IMG/VR virus record: IMGVR_UViG_3300046524_000185
Origin: an uncultured virus (IMG/VR IMGVR_UViG_3300046524_000185)
Taxonomy: Duplodnaviria; Heunggongvirae; Uroviricota; Caudoviricetes
Reading direction: 5' to 3' (one strand)
Length of the DNA stretch: 20,238 nucleotides
Shown: positions 1 through 7,775 of the stretch, piece after piece
How the letters are laid out: each line of letters opens with the position of its first letter
How positions within the stretch are numbered: the first letter of the stretch is position 1
Program-made: the position numbers and the translations under genes
Notes under the pieces: model-generated
What the model saw: the letters and a program-made list of their open reading frames with translations, nothing else
What the model was told of the DNA's origin: nothing
Database searches by the model: none

Positions 1-37
1 CTTCAGCTTCTAATCGACCCGTTCGATAGACGACCAG

Positions 38-69
38 AAAGGCCACCACCTCGGTGGCCTTTTTCTTTT
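38..69 (+). terminator. Rho-independent terminator
   Basis: AAAGGCCACC (38-47) / GGTGGCCTTT (53-62) stem, 5-nt loop, TTTTTCTTTT tail. Confidence 0.8.
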
Positions 70-84
70 AACGAGGAGATCTGC

Positions 85-849
85 ATGAAAATCACGATTT
101 GGTCCGTCGCCACGGACTCCCGCGACATGGGTCTGCAGACCCAAACCTTTGGCACTGAGAAAGAAGCTCGAGCCGCCTTCAAAGCTGAGGTCGACAGCAT
201 CTGGTCGACGTGGTCGGATCACCTTCACGACGAACCTGATCAACCCGAGGATCCGCAGGATGCCTACGATCTCCTGAACGAAGAGATCGACGACTTCTCC
301 GACTACATCCTGCTCGACAGCCAGGAGGTCGACGTCCCGTTCCCGGACTACGGCCACGAGATCGAGGCAGCACTCTGCGCCTGGGAGTGGATGAACGAAA
401 AGCCGCAGTACGAAAAATACGCTGAACTTTGGGACGCCTTCGGCTCCCCAGGCATGCGGATGGCATCGGTCCAGGCTGGCAAGATCGTCCTGACGGTCCA
501 CGACCTGATGGAAGCCAAGGGTTTCGACTACACCACCGCCTATGACTTCCAGTTCGTGCCAGGCGTGCTCGAGCAGCTCGATTGGAACACGCTCGTCGAC
601 AACAACCAATACGGCGACTCGAGCTACAGGCCCGATCCTGAGCCGATCCTCGTGAAGATGATGGCAGACCACCCCGAGGACTTCTCAGACCACTGGCTCG
701 AAACAGCCAAGGCCGAGGCCAAGAAGCAGTGGGCCTTCCCCGAGCTCGTCACCGAACACGAAGACAGCATCGATCGCACCGAGAAGCCGGCGGACTGGGT
801 CCGACGCATTGGTGAGAAGTATGGTCTGTCACCGGCCGGGAGCTGGTGA
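85..849 (+). CDS. Hypothetical acidic phage protein (254 aa)
   Basis: GAGGAG RBS at 73-78, C/G-ending codon bias, stop overlaps next start. No motif recognised. Confidence 0.85.
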   Translation: MKITIWSVATDSRDMGLQTQTFGTEKEARAAFKAEVDSIWSTWSDHLHDEPDQPEDPQDAYDLLNEEIDDFSDYILLDSQEVDVPFPDYGHEIEAALCAWEWMNEKPQYEKYAELWDAFGSPGMRMASVQAGKIVLTVHDLMEAKGFDYTTAYDFQFVPGVLEQLDWNTLVDNNQYGDSSYRPDPEPILVKMMADHPEDFSDHWLETAKAEAKKQWAFPELVTEHEDSIDRTEKPADWVRRIGEKYGLSPAGSW

Positions 850-1055
850 TGGCTCGGTATCGGTTGGATCTCAAGAACAAGACCGATGCCCAATGTCGGG
901 AACTCGCTCGACTTTACTACGACCGAGCCCGCCGCGCCGAAGCCAAGCTCGAGCTTTCCGAGAAGCTTCTTCAAGCCACAACCGACCGCTTGCGTTTCGT
1001 GGAGGGGCTCATTCGCGAACTCCATTTCACCGTCAACGATGGTCCAGATCAGTAG
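849..1055 (+). CDS. Hypothetical small coiled-coil protein
   Basis: TGATG overlap with upstream gene, GGGAG at 838-842 (alternative GTG start at 846), helical charged sequence. Confidence 0.7.
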   Translation: MARYRLDLKNKTDAQCRELARLYYDRARRAEAKLELSEKLLQATTDRLRFVEGLIRELHFTVNDGPDQ

Positions 1056-1064
1056 GAGATCCTA

Positions 1065-1412
1065 ATGACCAAGACAGTATTCCGCCGCGGAGACATCGTC
1101 TCCGTTCAAGCCATCGTCAATACCCATTACACCGAGGGTGACATCCTCAAGGATCAGGTGAAGATCGAGATCGAAGGTACCCATCAAAGCATTTTCGTGA
1201 AGCCCGACCAGCTCACACTTCAGATCCCGTTCTTCGCTCCAGGCGAGCGAGTCCGGAAGAAGAACAGCGGCCGAACACCAATCACTGGCGTCGTCGTGGC
1301 GAACAGCGAAGACTCCGTGTGGGTCAAATTCGACAACGGCAAGCATGGCACCATGCCGGCCGTCGAGCTCGAGCCGCTTGAGAGGGAGAAGCCACATGTG
1401 GTTGCGGCTTGA
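1065..1412 (+). CDS. Hypothetical protein with two SH3/KOW-like beta repeats
   Basis: AGGAG RBS at 1054-1058; two FxxGD/ExV-initiated beta-rich units (FRRGDIVSV, FAPGERVRK). Confidence 0.75.
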   Translation: MTKTVFRRGDIVSVQAIVNTHYTEGDILKDQVKIEIEGTHQSIFVKPDQLTLQIPFFAPGERVRKKNSGRTPITGVVVANSEDSVWVKFDNGKHGTMPAVELEPLEREKPHVVAA

Positions 1413-1710
1413 CGATGACCAAATCCAAACTCTCCAAACTCTGGTGGATATCGGCCTCCGCCTCCGTGGTGAAGATGAAGGACGACGCCACCTCGCCGGG
1501 ATCCAGAAGGTTCTCACAGATGGACCCCACCCCGATACCGAGGCCTTCGCTGCAGCTGTCCAAACCAGCGACGAGCTCGAGGTTGATGGCGACACGGTCA
1601 TCTCTCGCGGCGACGACGGCGCTTTCGTTATGTCCTGGTCCTGGGTCTCGAATGAAGACGCCGGCCTCCAGGTAGACGAAGAAGACGAAGAAGAGGAAGA
1701 AGAAAATTGA
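1396..1710 (+). CDS. Hypothetical acidic protein with poly-Glu/Asp C-terminal tail (104 aa)
   Basis: GAGGGAG RBS at 1382-1388 supports ATG 1396 rather than 1345; ends DEEDEEEEEEN; stop overlaps the rtcB TTG. Confidence 0.75.
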   Translation: MWLRLDDDQIQTLQTLVDIGLRLRGEDEGRRHLAGIQKVLTDGPHPDTEAFAAAVQTSDELEVDGDTVISRGDDGAFVMSWSWVSNEDAGLQVDEEDEEEEEEN

Positions 1711-3107
1711 TTACCGGACACACTCTCATTGAATGGGGCTTCCAACGAGGTCCGTGGTTTGCAGACGCGATCAGCTACGCCAACCAGCTCACCGCAAACG
1801 GCAAGTCCGAAGACGAGGTTAAGGCCTTCCTGACGGAGATGCAGCCCACGATCCCGCCGGAGATCTTGGTTCGCACGAACTCGATCCCGTTCAGCCGGTT
1901 CATCGAACCCGAGACTGACGACGAGATCCTGAACACGACCTCGGTCCTCACCCACATGGACGCACTTGTCCGGACGCCCACGATCGAGCGGGCGGCGGTC
2001 ATGCCAGATGCCTGCCCCTCGGGCTCAGCTCTCGGTACCATCCCAGTGGGCGGCGTTGTCGCCACGAAGGACGCAATCCATCCTGGTTTCCACTCGGCGG
2101 ACATCTGCTGCTCGATGTTCATCTCGGTGTTCAAGCGCCAGGAAGACGTCGGTAAGGTGCTCGACGCTGCTATGAGGGTCACGCACTTCGGCCCTGGTGG
2201 GCGACCATCACCTATCCGGTGGAATGATGAGCTGAACAAACTCGCGGGAGCCTTCGACCGAAACCCTTTCCTGAAGGGACTCGAGCAGTTCGCTGTCAAC
2301 CATTTCATGACCCAGGGTGACGGAAATCACTTCCTCTATGTCGGCCGGCTCGGGTCGACCGGTGAGCTCGCGGTGGTCACACACCATGGTTCTCGCGGTC
2401 TCGGTGCCCAGCTCTACAAGCGGGGCAAGGCAGCGGCCGAGCGACACACCCGGATCGTCGCTCCCAGGGTGCCGACCCACAATGCGTGGATCCCGGCCGA
2501 CACCCAGGTCGGTGACGATTACTGGGCAGCTCTGCAGTCGATCCGTCAGTGGACGAAGATGAACCACTTCGCAATCCACCGCGAGCTCGGCCTGGAGATC
2601 GGTAACGCGATCCAGGACCAGTTCTGGAACGAGCATAACTTCGTCTTCCGCCGCACGGATGGTCTCTTCTATCATGCGAAGGGTGCCACGCCGAGCTTCA
2701 CCGACTTCGCGGCCGATGACCAGGGCCTAACACTGATCCCGCTGAACATGGCGCAGCCGATCCTGATCGCTCGACCGACGAACAACGAGGATGCTCTTGG
2801 CTTCGCTCCGCACGGCGCCGGCCGGAATCTCTCCCGCACCAATCACCTCAAGCGGCTGATGGCCGAGTTTGGTGATGACCGTGGACTTGGTCCTCGAGCC
2901 ACTGCCGCCGTCCTCGAGCGCGAGACGAAGGGACTGGACGTTCGCTTCTACACGGGCAAGCCAGATGTGTCGGAGCTGCCGTCCGCCTACAAGAACGCGG
3001 ACCAGGTCACGGCTCAGATCAGGAAGTTCAACCTGGCTGAGATCGTCGACACGGTCCTACCACTCGGCTCCATCATGGCCGGTGACACGGCATGGAAACG
3101 ACGTTAG
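1707..3107 (+). CDS. rtcB: RtcB-family RNA 2',3'-cyclic phosphate/5'-OH ligase
   Basis: Ordered RtcB motifs: MPDAC, IPVGGV, DICC (DxxC), GDGNHF, HHGSRG, EHN, HAKGAT, HGAGR (guanylylated His), ELPSAYK. TTG start overlapping the upstream TGA. Confidence 0.93.
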   Translation: MITGHTLIEWGFQRGPWFADAISYANQLTANGKSEDEVKAFLTEMQPTIPPEILVRTNSIPFSRFIEPETDDEILNTTSVLTHMDALVRTPTIERAAVMPDACPSGSALGTIPVGGVVATKDAIHPGFHSADICCSMFISVFKRQEDVGKVLDAAMRVTHFGPGGRPSPIRWNDELNKLAGAFDRNPFLKGLEQFAVNHFMTQGDGNHFLYVGRLGSTGELAVVTHHGSRGLGAQLYKRGKAAAERHTRIVAPRVPTHNAWIPADTQVGDDYWAALQSIRQWTKMNHFAIHRELGLEIGNAIQDQFWNEHNFVFRRTDGLFYHAKGATPSFTDFAADDQGLTLIPLNMAQPILIARPTNNEDALGFAPHGAGRNLSRTNHLKRLMAEFGDDRGLGPRATAAVLERETKGLDVRFYTGKPDVSELPSAYKNADQVTAQIRKFNLAEIVDTVLPLGSIMAGDTAWKRR

Positions 3108-3376
3108 CTAACGGCTTCACCTTCGACCAGGAGGTGGAACTCTGCCAGATCTACTGGCCCACAGAATACGCGGCAGCTCGAACCTCGAAGCGCCGCCGCA
3201 ATCTCCGAAAAGCAGCCGCCCACAAGTGTCTCACCGACTTCAATCTGAAGCGGGGTCTGACGTGTGGGAACTGCACTCACCGCCGGGGCAAGATCTGCGA
3301 GCTCGACTCCGACTTCTACGGCGACGTCACCATCAAATTGGAGGACACATGTCCGACACACTCAAAGAGCTCGTGA
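3092..3376 (+). CDS. Small basic Cys-rich protein (possible Zn/Fe-S binding)
   Basis: CGNC...C...CPTH pattern, Arg/Lys-rich middle; overlaps the rtcB stop by 16 nt. Confidence 0.65.
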   Translation: METTLANGFTFDQEVELCQIYWPTEYAAARTSKRRRNLRKAAAHKCLTDFNLKRGLTCGNCTHRRGKICELDSDFYGDVTIKLEDTCPTHSKSS

Positions 3377-3723
3377 ATGAGGCGATCGACAATGCGGTCG
3401 AGAACGGTCTGCTCCCTGAGCTTCAGGCAATGTCCTGGATGGACCAAGCTAGCGATATCAAACGAGGAAGTGGGGGGAAAATTTCCACCGACCGCATCTA
3501 CCTCGTTCCGGTGATCTGGGAGGTCTGGCTGGATCGCGACATAACCTACATCCTGAACAAGTTCCAAGCCGAGGGCCGCGAACACCGGCTCCTCGATCCC
3601 ATCCACGCCATCCAATTCGCTCTCCAAGCTACTGAAGGACTCGAGTTCCTCCGATGGTGGAATGAGGGTGATTGGAAGGGGTGTGCCCAAGACTGGCCCG
3701 AGTGGCTGACCTTCAAACAATAA
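3349..3723 (+). CDS. Hypothetical phage protein (124 aa, Trp-rich C-terminus)
   Basis: GGAGGA RBS at 3340-3345 supports ATG 3349 rather than 3226; stop is immediately followed by a terminator. Confidence 0.8.
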   Translation: MSDTLKELVNEAIDNAVENGLLPELQAMSWMDQASDIKRGSGGKISTDRIYLVPVIWEVWLDRDITYILNKFQAEGREHRLLDPIHAIQFALQATEGLEFLRWWNEGDWKGCAQDWPEWLTFKQ

Positions 3724-3750
3724 CCCGCCCACAAGGCGGGTTTTCTTTTT
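3722..3750 (+). terminator. Rho-independent terminator
   Basis: AACCCGCC-CACAA-GGCGGGTT followed by TTCTTTTT. Confidence 0.8.
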
Positions 3751-3766
3751 CCAGAAAGGAACACCC

Positions 3767-4021
3767 ATGCGAATTTCCATTGCAACCATCTCGGTCGTGG
3801 GCCTGCTCGCGTCCTGCAACACCGTCCCGTACTCGCACCTGAAGGACAACGAGTACCAGATCGCCGGCCACCCGTGGAAGTCAGCCACGGATTGCAAGCG
3901 CGTGGCGCCGATCGGCAAGTTCGACGCCCGCTGTGACATTCCGCTCCTCGGCTACCGCGGCGATGGCGACATCACGCCTCACTTCGGCGTCGGTTCTGGA
4001 GCCGGTGGCTTCAGCCTCTGA
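3767..4021 (+). CDS. Putative lipoprotein (84 aa)
   Basis: AAGGA RBS; signal peptide MRISIATISVVGL with lipobox LASC (Cys17); two further Cys. Confidence 0.75.
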   Translation: MRISIATISVVGLLASCNTVPYSHLKDNEYQIAGHPWKSATDCKRVAPIGKFDARCDIPLLGYRGDGDITPHFGVGSGAGGFSL

Positions 4022-4398
4022 TGTCGATCGAGGTGCTCGAGGATCGAGCCCTCAAGCTCAAAGAGAAGATCAAGCGGCTTGAGGCACGGCTCGAGAAGAC
4101 CAGGGCACGCCTCCACCTAGAGCGTGTCAAGGAAAGTCACCTGGTCGGGCGCATCGCCCGATCGGATCGGATTCCGAACGGGATCCTCATCTCAGACGTC
4201 ACCTTCAAAACCTGGGAGCCGAACTCACCGCAGTCGGTGAGCGGCTTCCGCGTCGGCCGAGACGTCTGGACCACCATTCACCTTACTTCGAAGGGGTACT
4301 CGCTCGATGCAGCTGACGCTCGAATACACGCATCACTACCATCACAAGGGCCGAAACGGGGCCATGCGGACGCATGGGATGCAAGCCCAGGCCTTTGA
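4021..4398 (+). CDS. Hypothetical protein with N-terminal coiled coil
   Basis: TGATG coupling to the lipoprotein gene; heptad-like N-terminus; 3' end overlaps the next gene by 92 nt. Confidence 0.65.
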   Translation: MSIEVLEDRALKLKEKIKRLEARLEKTRARLHLERVKESHLVGRIARSDRIPNGILISDVTFKTWEPNSPQSVSGFRVGRDVWTTIHLTSKGYSLDAADARIHASLPSQGPKRGHADAWDASPGL

Positions 4399-4516
4399 TG
4401 ACGCAATCTTCCTCCATGCGATTTGCAGCCAGGGCGTCTCGGACGCTGCTCGGATCGTCCTCACCAAGGATAAGGCCCGCGCGCTCGCCACCTGGCTCCT
4501 GGAGGTCGCATCGTGA
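4307..4516 (+). CDS. Hypothetical protein (His-rich N-terminus)
   Basis: AAGGGG upstream; stop forms a GTGA overlap with the next gene. Confidence 0.55.
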   Translation: MQLTLEYTHHYHHKGRNGAMRTHGMQAQAFDDAIFLHAICSQGVSDAARIVLTKDKARALATWLLEVAS

Positions 4517-4719
4517 CCCTGACCCAGCGAGCTATGCAGCACAACAGTCAGGCCTTCCTGGCTGAGCTCCGACAGGCATCCGCAGCCCGATCGATGCACG
4601 GCGACCACACCGGCCGGCACGAGATCGACCAGACAATCATCTCCCTCGAAACGGGCCAGGATGTTGAGAACGACTGGTCCCTCACAATCGCGAAGAGGTT
4701 CCTCCATGGCATTTCCTGA
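4513..4719 (+). CDS. Hypothetical protein (68 aa)
   Basis: GGAGG RBS at 4501-4505, GTG start overlapping the upstream stop. Confidence 0.7.
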   Translation: MTLTQRAMQHNSQAFLAELRQASAARSMHGDHTGRHEIDQTIISLETGQDVENDWSLTIAKRFLHGIS

Positions 4720-5005
4720 TTACCTCCCAGCCGTCGAGAAGAAGATCATCGGGGAGCTCGTCAGAAAGGCTCTCGCGATGAACTACGCCGTCTCCGTCTA
4801 TGACGGCGAGGAGTGGCCGCTCAAACAGTCCTCCGACTACGAGGCGATCACTGCTGAAGTCGGTGCGACCTGCACCACGGAGCTCCGATTTAGAAAGACC
4901 TCAGATCGAACTCGAGTTGGCGACGTCCTTCTAATCCACGGAAACGAGGAGGACGTTATTTCAGACCACACCGACAACCCCGAAGTTGCAGCTCTGGTCT
5001 CATGA
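4706..5005 (+). CDS. Hypothetical phage protein (99 aa)
   Basis: AAGAGGT upstream of ATG 4706 (in frame with track ORF 4661..5005); globular-looking sequence. Confidence 0.75.
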   Translation: MAFPDYLPAVEKKIIGELVRKALAMNYAVSVYDGEEWPLKQSSDYEAITAEVGATCTTELRFRKTSDRTRVGDVLLIHGNEEDVISDHTDNPEVAALVS

Positions 5006-5181
5006 TTTTCGTAATTGCACCCGGAACGGGAGAGCTTGTCCCTAAGCGTGACGTCTATCGAATGAGACTCCCAATTAGAACCGGTTGGGAGGGTTGGGTT
5101 TTCAAAGATAACTCAACCGGAGTGACTAAAAAATTCCGCTCCTATCGACGTCTCAAAGCCTTCCTCAAAGAGCGCAAGTAG
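5002..5181 (+). CDS. Small basic hypothetical protein (59 aa, absent from the ORF track)
   Basis: ATGA overlap at 5002-5005; reads MIFVIAPGTGELVPKRDVYRMRLPIRTGWEGWVFKDNSTGVTKKFRSYRRLKAFLKERK to TAG 5179-5181; fills the gap before a terminator. Confidence 0.65.
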   Translation: MIFVIAPGTGELVPKRDVYRMRLPIRTGWEGWVFKDNSTGVTKKFRSYRRLKAFLKERK

Positions 5182-5205
5182 CTCCTCAAAACTCCTCCAA
5201 AACAC

Positions 5206-5231
5206 ACCCGCCCTCTGAGGCGGGTTTTTTT
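5206..5231 (+). terminator. Rho-independent terminator
   Basis: ACCCGCC-CTCTGA-GGCGGGT then TTTTTT; same stem as the 3722 terminator. Confidence 0.82.
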
Positions 5232-5248
5232 ATGTCGATAGGATCTCG

Positions 5249-5968
5249 ATGTTCTATAGTTTGACAAAAATCAGCCGAAATCAAAAGCTTGGCCCGATGC
5301 CAGCATCTACCTCCTCCCGGTCGACTTGCCCCAACTCTTGCCCACTTAAGGGGTTAGGCTGCTATGCGGAGTACGGACCCATGTCTATCTTTTGGGGAAA
5401 AGTTGATCGAGGAGAAGCGGGTGGGGACTTTGACAGTTTCATCAAAGAGGTAGAACAGTTACCCAAGCGCCAACTCTGGCGCTTTGGACAAGCTGGAGAT
5501 CTACCTGGGGAGGGAGATACAATTGATACGGAGCAAATGTTAAGATTGGCGAAAGCTAACCGTAGTAGGCCAGTCATAGCGTTTACTCACAAGCCAATGA
5601 GCGACGAAAACCTCGAAACTTTGAGGCGAGCTCGCGAACTCGGTTTCCCGGTAAATCTGTCGGCCAACAACGTGGAGCACGCTGATGAGCTGGCAGCACA
5701 TGGCATGAACGTGGTTGTGGTCCTCCCGATCGAGTACGAGAAACTCTCGACTGAAACGAAGACGGAGTATCGAGCCAGGCTCAACGAACTACCAAAGCAC
5801 ACACCAGGTGGGCAGAGACTCGCTGTCTGCCCTGCAACGTACACCGAGACGAATTGCCTCCAATGCGGCGTGTGTGCCAGTGCGGAGAAAAGACCCGCCG
5901 TGATCGGTTTTCCGGCTCATGGCACGAAGAGAAAACAAGTATCCGCGATGGCGCAAATGTCGGGATAG
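5249..5968 (+). CDS. Gp88-like Cys-cluster protein (divergent radical-SAM-like / Fe-S)
   Basis: N-terminal Cx3Cx6CYA (TCPNSCPLKGLGCYA), central R-x4-GD (RFGQAGD), and C-terminal CPA-x6-Cx2Cx2C, recalled as the pattern of phage Gp88-like proteins. Confidence 0.7.
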   Translation: MFYSLTKISRNQKLGPMPASTSSRSTCPNSCPLKGLGCYAEYGPMSIFWGKVDRGEAGGDFDSFIKEVEQLPKRQLWRFGQAGDLPGEGDTIDTEQMLRLAKANRSRPVIAFTHKPMSDENLETLRRARELGFPVNLSANNVEHADELAAHGMNVVVVLPIEYEKLSTETKTEYRARLNELPKHTPGGQRLAVCPATYTETNCLQCGVCASAEKRPAVIGFPAHGTKRKQVSAMAQMSG

Positions 5969-5988
5969 AATTGAGGGGGTATTAAGGA

Positions 5989-6219
5989 ATGATGCACATG
6001 AGTGTTTTCATACAGCCCGAAGTGGCGGAAGCTATAATCGACCTTATTGATGAGATGTCGACAGAGATCGACTTATTCTACGAGGACGATCAGCTTGCCG
6101 GTGCTTCCCCGGCCTTCATGAAGATGGATCGGATGGTGACGATGTTACAGTCTTCCGGATATCAACCTCCGGATACATATCTCCATATCGTGACCCGATA
6201 TAAGAAGTCGGTGAACTAG
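5989..6219 (+). CDS. Hypothetical acidic helical protein
   Basis: GAGGGG and AAGGA upstream; start could be 5989, 5992 or 5998. Confidence 0.7.
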   Translation: MMHMSVFIQPEVAEAIIDLIDEMSTEIDLFYEDDQLAGASPAFMKMDRMVTMLQSSGYQPPDTYLHIVTRYKKSVN

Positions 6220-6229
6220 GAATTTATTC

Positions 6230-6258
6230 CTTGCACTCGTAAAAACCTCGCTGTAGAT
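6230..6258 (+). promoter_or_regulatory. Candidate sigma70 promoter
   Basis: CTTGCA-N17-GTAGAT, resembling the rhizobial RpoD consensus CTTGAC-N17-CTATAT, at the start of a 380-nt intergenic region. Confidence 0.4.
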
Positions 6259-6326
6259 GAACCTCATGTTCACGTACAACGAGGAGAAAAGTTGCGTCCC
6301 TAATATACTCACTATTGCATCCTTTT

Positions 6327-6601
6327 GGGACAGCTGTTATTGACCGCCCGTCCCGGAAAGTTAACCAGTCGTTTAGCTTTGCCGGTAGCGCGTTCCCCGA
6401 GTTTGGTCCCCCAGTAGGCTGCAATGTCTAAAATTAACCAAGAAAAACAACGTTGTAACGGTGAGCGCCGGGACCGCCTGCTAAGCACAGACACATAAGG
6501 TCTTCCCCTTAGACCAGCGTCCAGCTCTCCACTTGGCAACGTTGTGAATTGTATCCACTTGCGATACCATTCAAGTTGCTAAAATAAGAGGGGGCACGGA
6601 C
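6327..6601 (+). promoter_or_regulatory. Long non-coding leader/control region of the MarR-like gene with repeated boxes and palindromes
   Basis: Repeats GACCGCCYG (6342, 6472), AAARTTAACCA (6357, 6430), CGGT(G)AGCGC (6383, 6459); palindrome CAACGTTG (6448, 6537); ACTTG-N10-CAAGT (6557-6576). Confidence 0.55.
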
Positions 6602-7015
6602 GTGCCGTTTACAGGCCTTCAGAGAATTAACCTGGCGCTCGAGGAATTTCGGGGGCTCTACCCCGACGCACCTGTGCTGTCGTTCCAGGTCTTTGTGAGC
6701 ATTGCAACCAATCAGGGTGTCACATCCACTGATTTGAAACGCCGGATCGGCACATCGCAGTCCGCGATCAGCCGACACCAGCTGTTGTTGTCGACTTGGA
6801 CCTGGCAGGGCACTCGCCCGAGCCTCGACCTCATAGAAGTAAAAGAAGACCCCGCGGATCGCAGGAACAAATGCTCGTTTCTGACGCCGAAGGGTCGACT
6901 CCTGGCATGCTCGCTGATGCGGATCATGGATCCCACCATCGATATTACTTCCGTGGACTTCATGGTCCCGGATCTGAAACCGAGTCCACATTCGAATGGA
7001 GGGACCAGCGGATGA
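6602..7015 (+). CDS. MarR-like winged-helix transcriptional regulator
   Basis: GAGGGG RBS, GTG start; HTH GVTSTDLKRRIGTSQSAISRH and wing LIEVKEDPADRR...LTPKG (DxR and LTxxG MarR signature). Confidence 0.85.
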   Translation: MPFTGLQRINLALEEFRGLYPDAPVLSFQVFVSIATNQGVTSTDLKRRIGTSQSAISRHQLLLSTWTWQGTRPSLDLIEVKEDPADRRNKCSFLTPKGRLLACSLMRIMDPTIDITSVDFMVPDLKPSPHSNGGTSG

Positions 7016-7118
7016 CTTAAATACGAAGTTCTGCGGGAATAGCCTCGCACGGGGGTGAAATGAGGAATTCACTTGCCATCTCAGTCATGAAAACCGGATG
7101 GCGCAACAAGGAACGTCA

Positions 7119-7556
7119 ATGACGACTAATACAGACTGGCATGCTGCGGCACTTCACGATCTCGAGCATTCATCACTCTCGGTGGATGAGATCGCGAAGA
7201 AGTATCAAAGAACGCGGCGCACCCTGGACAAGCTGGCAGCGCTGAACGGTGTAGTTCGTCGCCGTCCACCTCCGGGAAGGGGACCAAAGCGGAAAGAGAA
7301 CGGTCTCCCAATCTCCCCGAAGCACCAAGCGATCGGTGTACGACTGAGCATGGCTCGCGGTGGCGAGACGGTTCGGTCGTATGCTGCGAAGTTGGGCGTT
7401 AGCCCAATCCAGCTGACGCGCATGGAAGTAGGGCAACATGACTTCCAGCTGAGCCAGCTTCTCAAGATCTCAACTCTGACCGGAAAGTCACTCGGGGATC
7501 TCATGCAATCCTTCGACAAGAACCTCTACCAAGGGAGGGTGAATGCCCGTAGTTAA
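7119..7556 (+). CDS. Transcriptional regulator with an N-terminal HTH and a C-terminal XRE/Cro-type HTH
   Basis: AAGGA at 7108-7112 supports ATG 7119 (alternative 7098); LSVDEIAKKYQRTRRTL and IGVRLSMAR...YAAKLGVSPIQLTRMEVGQ...LLKISTLTGKSL. Confidence 0.8.
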   Translation: MTTNTDWHAAALHDLEHSSLSVDEIAKKYQRTRRTLDKLAALNGVVRRRPPPGRGPKRKENGLPISPKHQAIGVRLSMARGGETVRSYAAKLGVSPIQLTRMEVGQHDFQLSQLLKISTLTGKSLGDLMQSFDKNLYQGRVNARS

Positions 7557-7758
7557 AAGCCACGAGGAATATTTTCAAACCATCCGGGACTTCAACCTGG
7601 CACCTAACTGGCGCAAGGAGCTCCTGTTGAAGGGCTCCTTGCTCACCAAATGCAATGAGATGGAGCCGGTGAGTATCCGGCTCAAGTTGCGAAGGTTTTG
7701 GGACAAACAGGCCGCAACTCTCGGCGTGAACGTCGGGGAGTTGAAGAGCTGGAGCTGA
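7543..7758 (+). CDS. Hypothetical protein (71 aa)
   Basis: GGGAGG RBS; overlaps the XRE gene stop. Confidence 0.7.
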   Translation: MPVVKSHEEYFQTIRDFNLAPNWRKELLLKGSLLTKCNEMEPVSIRLKLRRFWDKQAATLGVNVGELKSWS

Positions 7759-7775
7759 ATACCCATATCGCTAGA

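Noticed and set aside
1673..1706. GAA-rich purine run as a DNA repeat element
   Set aside because: Explained by Glu/Asp codons of the acidic tail.
6257..6343. 28-codon ORF MNLMFTYNEEKSCVPNILTIASFWDSCY in the leader
   Set aside because: No RBS and it overlaps the candidate -10. It ends within box a1, so revisit it if ribosome profiling shows translation.
6220..6601. tRNA, CRISPR or other guide-RNA array in the long intergenic region
   Set aside because: No cloverleaf or T-loop consensus, no regularly spaced identical repeats, and no effector gene recognised nearby.
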